A stretch of DNA of 64,000 nt. Origin: Pseudomonadota bacterium. GTDB taxonomy: Bacteria > Pseudomonadota > Gammaproteobacteria > Steroidobacterales > Woeseiaceae. This document shows, in pieces, positions 47,688 to 55,944 of this stretch (position 1 is the first letter of the stretch; the number at the start of each line of letters is the position of its first letter). The translations under genes were made by a program, and so were the position numbers. The stretch is taken from assembly GCA_039819385.1 (NCBI GenBank), contig JBCBSC010000012.1, positions 14,371 to 78,370 of the forward strand, written 5' to 3'. Below the pieces are notes generated by a model that saw nothing but the letters and a program-made list of their open reading frames with translations, was not told the DNA's origin and searched no databases.

Positions 47688-48737
47688 ATGACTCGGGAAT
47701 TTACGGAATACTCCCTGGAGGAGCTCGGGTGGCGCGGGTTTTTCGCCGCACAGGAGCCCCCCGCCGTTGACGCTGTGCCCGCACGCGTAGTGGCACAGCA
47801 CAGGGCGTCGCTGGACGTGGCAGGCGCCGGTTACAGGCAGTCCGTGGCGATAAGCGGCCGTGCCTTCGATCTCGATATTGCGGTGGGCGACTGGATCTGG
47901 CTGAGTCCGGCACACGACCGTGTGCTCGGCGTGCTCGATCGTCTCGGCGCCTTCCGGCGCGGTGCGGCGGGTCTCGAAAGCGAGGTCCAGACCCTCGCGG
48001 CGAACGTCGATACGCTGTTCATCGTGACGTCGGCAAATCGCGACTTCAACGTCGCCCGCCTCGAGCGCTATTTGAGCGTTGCGAGCGAGGCGAGCGCCTA
48101 TCCGGTCGTGGTTATCACGAAGGCCGACACCGTGGACGACGTCAGCGCTTACGTGACCGAAGCCGTACGGCTCAAGCCCGGCCTGATGGTCGAGGCGCTG
48201 GATGCGCGCGACAGCGACGCCGTAGCGTTTCTGGCGCAATCCTGTGGCGCGGGACAAACGGCGGCGCTGGTTGGATCCTCGGGTGTCGGCAAGTCGACGC
48301 TGGTCAACTCGCTGACTCCTGCCGGACTGGCGACCGGCGCCGCGCGCGAGACCGATCAGCGCGGACGGCACACGACCACGTATCGGAGCATGCACCGGCT
48401 GCCGGGCGGCGGCTGGCTCATCGATACTCCAGGGATGCGGGAACTCAAGCTGGTCGAGGCCGGCGGCGGTATTGACGAGGTGTTCAGCGACGTGCTGGCG
48501 CTGGCGGTGCGCTGCCGTTTTGCCGATTGCCAGCACGTGGAGGAACCCGGCTGCGCCGTGCTTGCCGCAATCGAACAGGGTTTAATGGAGGGTGAGCGCC
48601 TGCACCGCTATCGCAAGCTTGTCAGAGAGAACGAGCGGCACTCGGAAACGCTCTCCGCCCGCCGCAGCCGCGACCGCGCCCAGGGCAGGCTGTTCAAGTC
48701 GATCAAGTCCGACCTTCGTCGCCGCAAAGGGAGATGA
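47688..48737 (+). CDS. rsgA: Ribosome small-subunit-dependent GTPase A
   Basis: Circularly permuted GTPase: ITKAD (G4) precedes GSSGVGKSTLVNSL (G1). C-terminal zinc-finger cysteines CRFADCQH..EPGC. Confidence 0.92.
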   Translation: MTREFTEYSLEELGWRGFFAAQEPPAVDAVPARVVAQHRASLDVAGAGYRQSVAISGRAFDLDIAVGDWIWLSPAHDRVLGVLDRLGAFRRGAAGLESEVQTLAANVDTLFIVTSANRDFNVARLERYLSVASEASAYPVVVITKADTVDDVSAYVTEAVRLKPGLMVEALDARDSDAVAFLAQSCGAGQTAALVGSSGVGKSTLVNSLTPAGLATGAARETDQRGRHTTTYRSMHRLPGGGWLIDTPGMRELKLVEAGGGIDEVFSDVLALAVRCRFADCQHVEEPGCAVLAAIEQGLMEGERLHRYRKLVRENERHSETLSARRSRDRAQGRLFKSIKSDLRRRKGR

Positions 48738-48791
48738 GCGTGCAATGCGGCAAACGGCAGACTGACAGTCTCGACGGCGGTTTCGGGTGAC

Positions 48792-49547
48792 ATGCGCTCG
48801 CTGGATCTAAATGCCGATCTCGGCGAAGGGCAGATGACCGATCTTGCGCTGCTCGATATCGTGAGCTCGTGCAACGTCGCCTGCGGCGGCCACGCCGGCG
48901 ATGCGGAATCGATGCGCGAGACTGTCCTTGCGGCCGCCTCCCGCAAAGTCGCAATCGGCGCCCATCCGTCGTATCCGGATCGCGAGGGGTTTGGTCGGCG
49001 CAGCGGTTTTCTGCGTCCCGCTGAGCTTCATGCGCCGCTCACGGAGCAGATTCAAAACCTCTCCGCGATCGTCGAGGACGCGGGTCGGCGGGTCGGGCAC
49101 GTCAAGCCGCACGGTGCGCTGTACAACGACGCGGCAGTGAGCAGAGAGTTAGCCGATGCGTTTTGCGCGCTGGTTGCCGGTATCGATTCGGACCTTTCGG
49201 TCATGGGTCCCCCGGACAGCGAACTCGAGACGGCTGTGCGCGAAGCCGGGCTCGCGTTTCTGCGCGAGGGCTTCGCAGATCGCGCGTATACGCGCGCAGG
49301 CCGGCTTGTTGCGCGCGACGAGCCAGGTGCGCTGCTCACCGACAAGCGTGTGGTCACCCGGCAGGCTTTGAGCATTGCGCAGAAATCCCGCGTGCGTGCA
49401 GCGAACGGCGACGAGATCCCGCTGGAGGTCGACAGCCTGTGTATTCACGGCGACACGCCCGGCGCAGTTTCGCTGGCCGTGGCGATACGCGATGCGCTGT
49501 TCGCCGCAGGTATTCGTGTTGCGGCGGCGGGAGCCGCACGGCGATGA
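48792..49547 (+). CDS. pxpA: 5-oxoprolinase subunit A (LamB/YcsF family)
   Basis: LNADLGEG, CNVACGGHAGD and IHGDTPGAV motifs. Confidence 0.9.
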   Translation: MRSLDLNADLGEGQMTDLALLDIVSSCNVACGGHAGDAESMRETVLAAASRKVAIGAHPSYPDREGFGRRSGFLRPAELHAPLTEQIQNLSAIVEDAGRRVGHVKPHGALYNDAAVSRELADAFCALVAGIDSDLSVMGPPDSELETAVREAGLAFLREGFADRAYTRAGRLVARDEPGALLTDKRVVTRQALSIAQKSRVRAANGDEIPLEVDSLCIHGDTPGAVSLAVAIRDALFAAGIRVAAAGAARR

Positions 49548-50194
49548 AGCGGCGTATCGAGCGTACGGCTGACGACCGTTTTTCGCTGCCGGTCGAGAGC
49601 ATTGCGGAAGGGCAGCGACTTGCACGCAGGCTAAGCGGCACGCCCGGCTGCGTCGAGGCGGTCGGCGGCGTCGCCGTGGTTGAGCTCCAGTTCGATCTTG
49701 CGGCCGTGACACCCGAGCGTTTCCTCGAAGATCTCGGCTCGCAGATCGACGCGGCCTGCGAGGCGGCTCGCGATCAGAAGGCGCCCGCGGGCGCGCGACT
49801 CGTAATACCGGTCCACTACGGCGGCAGCGACGGGCCCGATCTGCGCTTGGTCTCGCGTCACCTCGGCATGAGCGACGACGAGTTCGTCGCGTGGCACTGC
49901 CGCATCGAATACCGCGTCGCCATGCTGGGCTTTACGCCGGGCTTCGCTTATCTGGACGGATTGGATCCCGCGCTTGCCGTCCCTCGCCGGAGTACGCCGC
50001 GGCAATCCGTGCCGGCAGGTTCGGTCGGGCTGGCCGGCCCGCGCTGCGGTATTTATTCGCTGCCCGGACCGGGTGGATGGCAGATTGTCGGGCGGACGAA
50101 TACGCAGCTGTTCGACCGTGACGCCGAACGGCCGTTTCGCCTGGCGCCAGGCGATACGGTCTGCTTTCAGGCCGCGGATCGCGGCCGCTCGTGA
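49544..50194 (+). CDS. pxpB: 5-oxoprolinase subunit B (KipI / allophanate hydrolase subunit 1 family)
   Basis: ATGA overlap with pxpA. MLGFTPGFAYL and IYSLPGPGGWQIVGRT motifs. Confidence 0.88.
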   Translation: MKRRIERTADDRFSLPVESIAEGQRLARRLSGTPGCVEAVGGVAVVELQFDLAAVTPERFLEDLGSQIDAACEAARDQKAPAGARLVIPVHYGGSDGPDLRLVSRHLGMSDDEFVAWHCRIEYRVAMLGFTPGFAYLDGLDPALAVPRRSTPRQSVPAGSVGLAGPRCGIYSLPGPGGWQIVGRTNTQLFDRDAERPFRLAPGDTVCFQAADRGRS

Positions 50195-51144
50195 ATCCCG
50201 CGATCGTCGTCGAAAAGGCGGGCCTGCAAGCCACGGTGCAGGCGGGGCCGCGGCTCGGGTTACGTCATCTGGGCGTACCGTCGGCCGGGGCCGCGGATCT
50301 GCTGTCGCTGGCGCTCGGCAACCGTCTCGTCGGCAATACCTCGCTCGCGCCAGGGATCGAGGTAACGCTGTCCGGCTTGAGGATTGTTGCGGAGTCCCCC
50401 GTTTGCGTTGCGGTGACGGGCGCCCGCTGCGCGGTTCGTGTCGATGCGCGCCGTGCCGCGATGCACGAACAAATACAACTTGCGGCGGGTAGCGTGCTCG
50501 AACTCGGCGCGGCGGTTTCGGGCGTCCGAAGCTATCTGGCCCTGGCTGGAGGCGTCGCGGTGGATCCAGTGCTCGGCTCCGCCTCGACCTACCTGCCCGC
50601 GGGCCTTGGCGGATTCGAAGGGCGACCTTTAAGGCAGGGCGACCGCCTGAAGCTGGGTAAAGCGGATGCCAGGCCGGGCGTCGAGCGCACGCCCGAGCCG
50701 TACCGCCTGAATTTCCCGGCGGCCTGGGCGCTAAGGGTTTGCCCGGGTGCCGAGTACTCGATGCTCGACAGCGACAGTCGAGAGTCATTGGAGTCAAAGC
50801 GGTTCACGGTCAGCCACCGCGCGGACCGGATGGGCGCCGCCCTCGATGGGGTCGTGTTGCAAATCGCGTCGGCCGGCACGCTCGACTCCCGCCCGGTGTT
50901 TCCCGGCACGGTGCAATGTCCGGAAGCGGGACAGCCGTTCATACTCGGAGCCGACGCGCAAACGACGGGCGGCTATCCGCGCATCGCCGAGGTGATTCGC
51001 GCTGACAGACACCTTATCGGCCAGTTGCGCGGCGGCAATCGCCTGAGTTTTCTGCTGCGCGACGCCGACACCGCGCGTAAGGAACTTGCGGCGGCGCTCG
51101 AGTTCTGGCGCGGCTTGCTGCCCGATATCGAGACGTTGCTGTAA
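50191..51144 (+). CDS. pxpC: 5-oxoprolinase subunit C (KipA / allophanate hydrolase subunit 2 family)
   Basis: GTGA overlap with pxpB. GLQATVQAGPRLGLRHLGVP and DAQTTGGYPRIA motifs. Confidence 0.88.
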   Translation: MNPAIVVEKAGLQATVQAGPRLGLRHLGVPSAGAADLLSLALGNRLVGNTSLAPGIEVTLSGLRIVAESPVCVAVTGARCAVRVDARRAAMHEQIQLAAGSVLELGAAVSGVRSYLALAGGVAVDPVLGSASTYLPAGLGGFEGRPLRQGDRLKLGKADARPGVERTPEPYRLNFPAAWALRVCPGAEYSMLDSDSRESLESKRFTVSHRADRMGAALDGVVLQIASAGTLDSRPVFPGTVQCPEAGQPFILGADAQTTGGYPRIAEVIRADRHLIGQLRGGNRLSFLLRDADTARKELAAALEFWRGLLPDIETLL

Positions 51145-51172
51145 ACTGCTTCGAGGCGGGTTTCCAAAGAAC

Positions 51173-51961
51173 ATGAGCAACGTCCTCGAACACAATCGCA
51201 AGGCCTGGGATGCGGAGTCGACAAGCGGCAACAGCGCCTGGTCGGTGCCGGTCGACGCGGTCACGGTCGATAACGCGCGGCGAGGGCAGTGGCAGATTTT
51301 CGTGACGCCTTTAAAGCCCGTTCCTTACGACTGGTTCGGCGGGATCGAGGGCAAACGGGTGCTGGGTCTCGCATCCGGCGGCGGTCAGCAGAATCCGGTG
51401 CTGGCTGCGGCAGGGGCGAAAGTGACGAGTTTCGATCTGTCGGCCGAGCAGTTGGCGAAAGACGGCTTCGTCGCCGAACGTGATGCGCTCGAGATCACGC
51501 TGGAGCAGGGCGACATGGCGGATCTTTCGCGTTTCGCCGATGCCAGTTTCGATCTGATCGTGCATCCGGTAGCCAATGTCTTTGCGCCCGACGTCGGCGC
51601 CGTCTGGCGGGAGTGTCATCGGGTGCTGGCGCCCGGCGGGCGCCTGATAACGGCTTTCATGAATCCCGATTTTTTCCTCTTCGATCATGACGCGCTGGAC
51701 AGCGGCGGTGCGCTCGAGGTGCGCTACTCGCTGCCGTTTGCGTCCGCGCGCGATTTGCCGCCGCAGCTTTACGAGCAGCGCGTCGATCGGCAGGAGGCCT
51801 TCGAGTTCAGTCATAGCCTCGAGGACCAGATCGGCGGCCAGCTAGCGGCCGGGTTTACGATTCACGGCTTTTACGAAGATCGCTGGACGGACGCGGCCAC
51901 GCCGCTCAATCCGCATATGCCTACGACTTTTGCGACTCTGGCGATCCGCTCATCGGCTTAG
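51173..51961 (+). CDS. Class I SAM-dependent methyltransferase
   Basis: VLGLASGGGQQ (motif I), FDLS, and LAPGGRLI (post-motif). Confidence 0.8.
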   Translation: MSNVLEHNRKAWDAESTSGNSAWSVPVDAVTVDNARRGQWQIFVTPLKPVPYDWFGGIEGKRVLGLASGGGQQNPVLAAAGAKVTSFDLSAEQLAKDGFVAERDALEITLEQGDMADLSRFADASFDLIVHPVANVFAPDVGAVWRECHRVLAPGGRLITAFMNPDFFLFDHDALDSGGALEVRYSLPFASARDLPPQLYEQRVDRQEAFEFSHSLEDQIGGQLAAGFTIHGFYEDRWTDAATPLNPHMPTTFATLAIRSSA

Positions 51962-52016
51962 GCTCGATATTTTTCCGCGGAGTGGCCACGGCGCTTATCC
52001 AGGAGGGAACGACACG

Positions 52017-52382
52017 ATGCAGGCACAGGTGTTACGACCGGATCCGGCCGACGAGTACGATACCGAGGAGCGTTGCTTCATTCTCGAGATGTCGAACAGC
52101 AGCGGCGACGATGCGCTGTCGATAGCGCGTGCACGCGTCGCTCCGGGTGTCACGACGGCCTGGCACCGCGTCGAGGATACCGCGGAGCGGTACGTCATTC
52201 TCGAAGGCGAGGGTCTGGTCGAACTGGCGGGCCTAGATCCCGCCAGAGTTGTTGCCGGCGACGTCGTTGTCATTCCGGCAAACCTCGAGCAGCGTATTAC
52301 GAACACAGGGCAGAGCGATCTGCTGTTTCTCGCGCTGTGCACGCCGCGCTTCCGTCCGGAGCGCTATGTTCACCTGGAGTGA
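52017..52382 (+). CDS. Cupin-domain protein
   Basis: ATG preceded by AGGAGGGA. G..TAWHRV...ERYVILEGEG...G.VVVIP cupin motifs. Confidence 0.8.
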   Translation: MQAQVLRPDPADEYDTEERCFILEMSNSSGDDALSIARARVAPGVTTAWHRVEDTAERYVILEGEGLVELAGLDPARVVAGDVVVIPANLEQRITNTGQSDLLFLALCTPRFRPERYVHLE

Positions 52383-52542
52383 AATCCCGCACAAGGCCTG
52401 AGCCGCGGGCTTGATCGCGGCTGCAATTCAATCCAAAGCACAGCCGACGGCATCCAAACAGCAATAACCCGGTTCTGGCCCTGCCTCCAGGCCAGTAAAA
52501 CCTCGGCCAGGACCGACAACGTATCCTCTCGAAGTGTGAGGT

Positions 52543-52827
52543 TTGGCCGTGCCGTCCGGAGTTCGAAGTTTTGCCGCGCGCGCTTTGCTGTTAGCCGCGC
52601 CTGTCGCGCTGTTCCCTGGTTGTGCGCCTCTAAGTCCCGAAGTGGTGATTCGCATTCAGCAACGTGCCTACGAGCAGGCCGAGCGCGAAGCCGAGTTCTT
52701 CCACGACAAGCGGCTCTGTCTCGAATACGGCGGTTTTGTTGTGATCGAGCGCATGGGCAACGCCACGCGCCGGGATGTCGTGCGGCGCGTGCCGGGCGAC
52801 CGCGATACCTGGTATTGCCGGATGTAG
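52543..52827 (+). CDS. Hypothetical small lipoprotein
   Basis: TTG/GTG start. Lipobox ALFPGC. No recognised domain. Confidence 0.4.
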   Translation: MAVPSGVRSFAARALLLAAPVALFPGCAPLSPEVVIRIQQRAYEQAEREAEFFHDKRLCLEYGGFVVIERMGNATRRDVVRRVPGDRDTWYCRM

Positions 52828-52907
52828 GATTCGGGGTGCCTAGCCGGACAACGGTTGCGAGAAGTCTATCCGTTGCCGCTGAATCGCACGTATCCCCACC
52901 GGGCCTT

Positions 52908-54818
52908 TCAGAGCAGCAGCGTCACGTTACTTACATGTAACAGCCACGCTGCGTGCAGCATCGCTGCCGATAGCAGAACGGCGTACAGCCGGGCGAGCAG
53001 TGACCAGCGTTGCCGTATCAGAGCGACTGCAACGATGGCCGCTGCCGCTGCGGCGGCAATCTTCAGCACGTCGGCCATGATCAGGAGCAGCCATGCCTCG
53101 ACGCGCAGACCGTAGTCCATTTGGATTTCGTCGACCGCATAGATTCTCAGAAACAGAGTGAGCAGCAGCATCGTCAAGAGTGTAACGGAGGCACAGACGG
53201 TGAGCGCGCGCCGTGCCGTGCGTTCGGCACCCCGAACGTTCTTCTTGCGCCGAGCCAACAACGGCCAGGCGATAGCGCCGATGCCGGCGAGTACGAAAGT
53301 AAGCAGGAAGGCAAGTCTCTGCAGTGCCGGAAGTCGCCATGCCGGACGTTTGGTGTAGGCGGCACGATCGAGGAATAGACCGTCTATGTTACCGTGCTCG
53401 TCGCGATGAAACGCCGCGGTCGCCCACCATGCGGAAGGATGCTGGAACGTATCCTCGGCAAACTCGTAATAGCGGCCATCCGAACCGTTGATCGCCAATG
53501 CGTCGGGCCTGCAGGTATTGCCCGCGACGCAGGCTGGCGGTTCCTCCACAACGACGTCACGCCCGAGAAAAGCAAGCTCGTACAGCAGACGTTCGAATGA
53601 ATGGCGCGGGTATTCGGCGCTGACGTAATAGCCCGTGTATTCAGCGACCGCCTCCGTAAGACGACGCGGCGGTTCGATTGCCGCCGGCAGCTTATGCGTA
53701 ATCCGCGGAAAGTAGCTTTCGAGAATCGCATTCAGGGGTTCGTTGCGCAGCGAAGCTTCGCGCAGGTTCTGTGCAATGAAATAGCCGAAACCATGCTCAG
53801 GGATGAGTGCCATGTAACTGGCGAAGCCGAGCTGGCCTCCGGAGTGTTCGAGCACCCTGTGACCGCGCAGCGTGTCTTCATGCCAGGCGTAGGCCATACC
53901 GTAGCGAGTCGGGTAGGGCGCGTACTGCTGTCGGTGCATGGTCTCGAGGACACCCGTTTCCAACTGAGCATGGCCCTCGAGCTGCGCCAACATGAACCGC
54001 GCCATGTCATCCGCGCTGGCTACCAGCGCATCGGCTGGCGCTACCAGCGAATAGTCACGGGTGAGCGGACGGGGATCGTCAGGGTCGCTGTAACTCTGGC
54101 TAATGCCGTTCCGCAAGATCGCCGGCAACGGTTGTGCGAAGCTCGAACCGGTCATTTCCAGGGGGTCCAGAACGAGATCCTGCATCGCGGCCTGGAAGGG
54201 CTGGCCCGTAATCCGCTCGATCGCCAGGCCAAGCAGGGCGAAGCCATGATTGCTGTAGGCGAAAATTTCGCCGGGTGCATGTGACTGCCCAACCATCTGC
54301 TCACGAACCACTTCATCGAGTGACAGGACCGACTCGGCGCTGCGTGCGGCATCCGCTATGTCGGTAATTTCGAGGCCGCTGGTATGCGTCATGACATGGT
54401 GTGCCGTAATGGCGTCCGGAAAGTCCCGGCGCAGGGGAAAGTCGAGGTAGTCCTCGAGGTCCGTATGCAGATCCAGACGTCCCTGTGCGGCGAGACGCAG
54501 TGCGGCGGTGGCCGTGACGAGTTTCGATAGTGAGGCAACTCTGAAGGGCGTATCGGCTCTCGCCGCTTCGGCTCCCGCAAGGTCGGCGCTCCCATAACCC
54601 TTGGCAAGCAGTATCTCGCCGTCCTTTACTATCGCAACGATCGCACCGGGGACCCTTGCCTTTGCCATCCCCTCAGCCATGGCTGTGTCGACGAGCGGCT
54701 CCAGTGAGTTCGCATCCATGCTGACGGGGTCGTAGGTATTCGCATTGGCGGAGAATGCGGGTTCGAACAGGAAGAGCAAGAAGCAAGCGCACCAGCGCTC
54801 TCGATCCATACTGCGCAT
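52908..54818 (-). CDS. Serine hydrolase (beta-lactamase / PBP fold) fused to a C-terminal four-TM membrane domain
   Basis: Signal peptide, the SxxK motif in VASLSKLV, a YSN-type motif (YSNHGF), then about 150 aa of hydrophobic helices at the C-terminus. Confidence 0.85.
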   Translation of the reverse strand: MRSMDRERWCACFLLFLFEPAFSANANTYDPVSMDANSLEPLVDTAMAEGMAKARVPGAIVAIVKDGEILLAKGYGSADLAGAEAARADTPFRVASLSKLVTATAALRLAAQGRLDLHTDLEDYLDFPLRRDFPDAITAHHVMTHTSGLEITDIADAARSAESVLSLDEVVREQMVGQSHAPGEIFAYSNHGFALLGLAIERITGQPFQAAMQDLVLDPLEMTGSSFAQPLPAILRNGISQSYSDPDDPRPLTRDYSLVAPADALVASADDMARFMLAQLEGHAQLETGVLETMHRQQYAPYPTRYGMAYAWHEDTLRGHRVLEHSGGQLGFASYMALIPEHGFGYFIAQNLREASLRNEPLNAILESYFPRITHKLPAAIEPPRRLTEAVAEYTGYYVSAEYPRHSFERLLYELAFLGRDVVVEEPPACVAGNTCRPDALAINGSDGRYYEFAEDTFQHPSAWWATAAFHRDEHGNIDGLFLDRAAYTKRPAWRLPALQRLAFLLTFVLAGIGAIAWPLLARRKKNVRGAERTARRALTVCASVTLLTMLLLTLFLRIYAVDEIQMDYGLRVEAWLLLIMADVLKIAAAAAAAIVAVALIRQRWSLLARLYAVLLSAAMLHAAWLLHVSNVTLLL

Positions 54819-54967
54819 AAACTCTCATCCCCTGCGCCCGATATCGGAGCGAACCCGGGCTTAGACCGCGGATCGAACCGCAAAAGTTCAGGCTTTCTGC
54901 CTGTTTGGCGGCGTTCGCCCGGATTGTAAGCAATACGGGCGCATTTTAGACATTTTGTCAGGAAATA

Positions 54968-54985
54968 TTGACAATATATTGTCAA
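54968..54985. promoter_or_regulatory. Candidate MarR operator: 18-bp perfect palindrome TTGACAATATATTGTCAA
   Basis: Read directly, ending 10 nt upstream of the MarR start. An extra TTGTCA half-site lies just upstream. TTGACA also doubles as a -35-like hexamer. Confidence 0.6.
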
Positions 54986-54994
54986 TAAGTCAGT

Positions 54995-55474
54995 ATGTTG
55001 CTCATTATGGCGCAGCATACATCCGCGGGACGCGAACTCACCGCTTTGATTCTCGAGATATTCCAGTCAAACGGCGCGTTGCTTGCGGCCGGCGATGAAC
55101 TGGTCGGCGATCTCGGTCTTACGAGTGCGCGTTGGCAGGTTCTGGGCGCACTGGCTTTGGAGGGCCGGCCGCTGACCGTGGCGCAAATCGGCCGCCGAAT
55201 GGGCTTGTCGCGGCAGGCGGTTCAGCGCGTGGTAAACGATCTGGTGGCCGATGACGTATTGGCATTCGAGAACAACCCCGATCACCGGCGCGCAAAGCTG
55301 GTCGCGTTAACCGAGCGAGGACAGGCCGTGTACTCGCAAGCGGATGCGCGGCAGATCGATTGGGTGAACGAAATCGGCAAGGGAATTTCGCCGCAAGACC
55401 TGCAGAACGCGCGCGAGTTACTGGCGTTGATTGGTCAGCGCCTGAAGCGGACATCCGACAAGTGGGAGGGCTAA
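54995..55474 (+). CDS. MarR-family transcriptional regulator
   Basis: Winged-HTH segment LTVAQIGRRMGLSRQAVQRVVNDLV...DHRRAKLVALTERG. Confidence 0.88.
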   Translation: MLLIMAQHTSAGRELTALILEIFQSNGALLAAGDELVGDLGLTSARWQVLGALALEGRPLTVAQIGRRMGLSRQAVQRVVNDLVADDVLAFENNPDHRRAKLVALTERGQAVYSQADARQIDWVNEIGKGISPQDLQNARELLALIGQRLKRTSDKWEG

Positions 55475-55475
55475 T

Positions 55476-55928
55476 ATGAAAAGGCAGGTTCACGCGGCAG
55501 CGGGTGCGCTTGGTTTCGCCGTGATACTTTCGTTCTGGCTGTCTACGGCCGTGGCCGAACTGACCGCTTCGGCGGCGACGATCGCACTCGTGAAAAATGC
55601 CATTCTGTGGGGAATGATCGTGCTCATTCCCGCGTTGATGATAACCGGCGCCTCCGGCATGTCGCTCGGTGCCGGCCGAACAGGTGCGTTGCTAAAGCGC
55701 AAGCAGCGGCGCATGCCGTTGATTGCGTTGAACGGCGTACTGGTTCTCGCGCCCTCGGCGTTCTTCCTCGCCAACCGGGCTTCCGCCGGCGTATTCGATA
55801 CGTGGTTCTATGCCGTGCAGGGTGTAGAACTTGCAGCGGGCGCGTTAAACCTGTTTCTCATTGGGCGGAATATTCGCGACGGCCTCAGGATGTCCGGCCG
55901 GTTCCGCCGCAAGCGGGCGCATGCATAG
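55476..55928 (+). CDS. Four-TM membrane protein of unknown function
   Basis: Starts 2 nt after the MarR stop. Four hydrophobic helices. No recognised motif. Confidence 0.65.
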   Translation: MKRQVHAAAGALGFAVILSFWLSTAVAELTASAATIALVKNAILWGMIVLIPALMITGASGMSLGAGRTGALLKRKQRRMPLIALNGVLVLAPSAFFLANRASAGVFDTWFYAVQGVELAAGALNLFLIGRNIRDGLRMSGRFRRKRAHA

Positions 55929-55944
55929 CGGGGCAGGCAGTACA

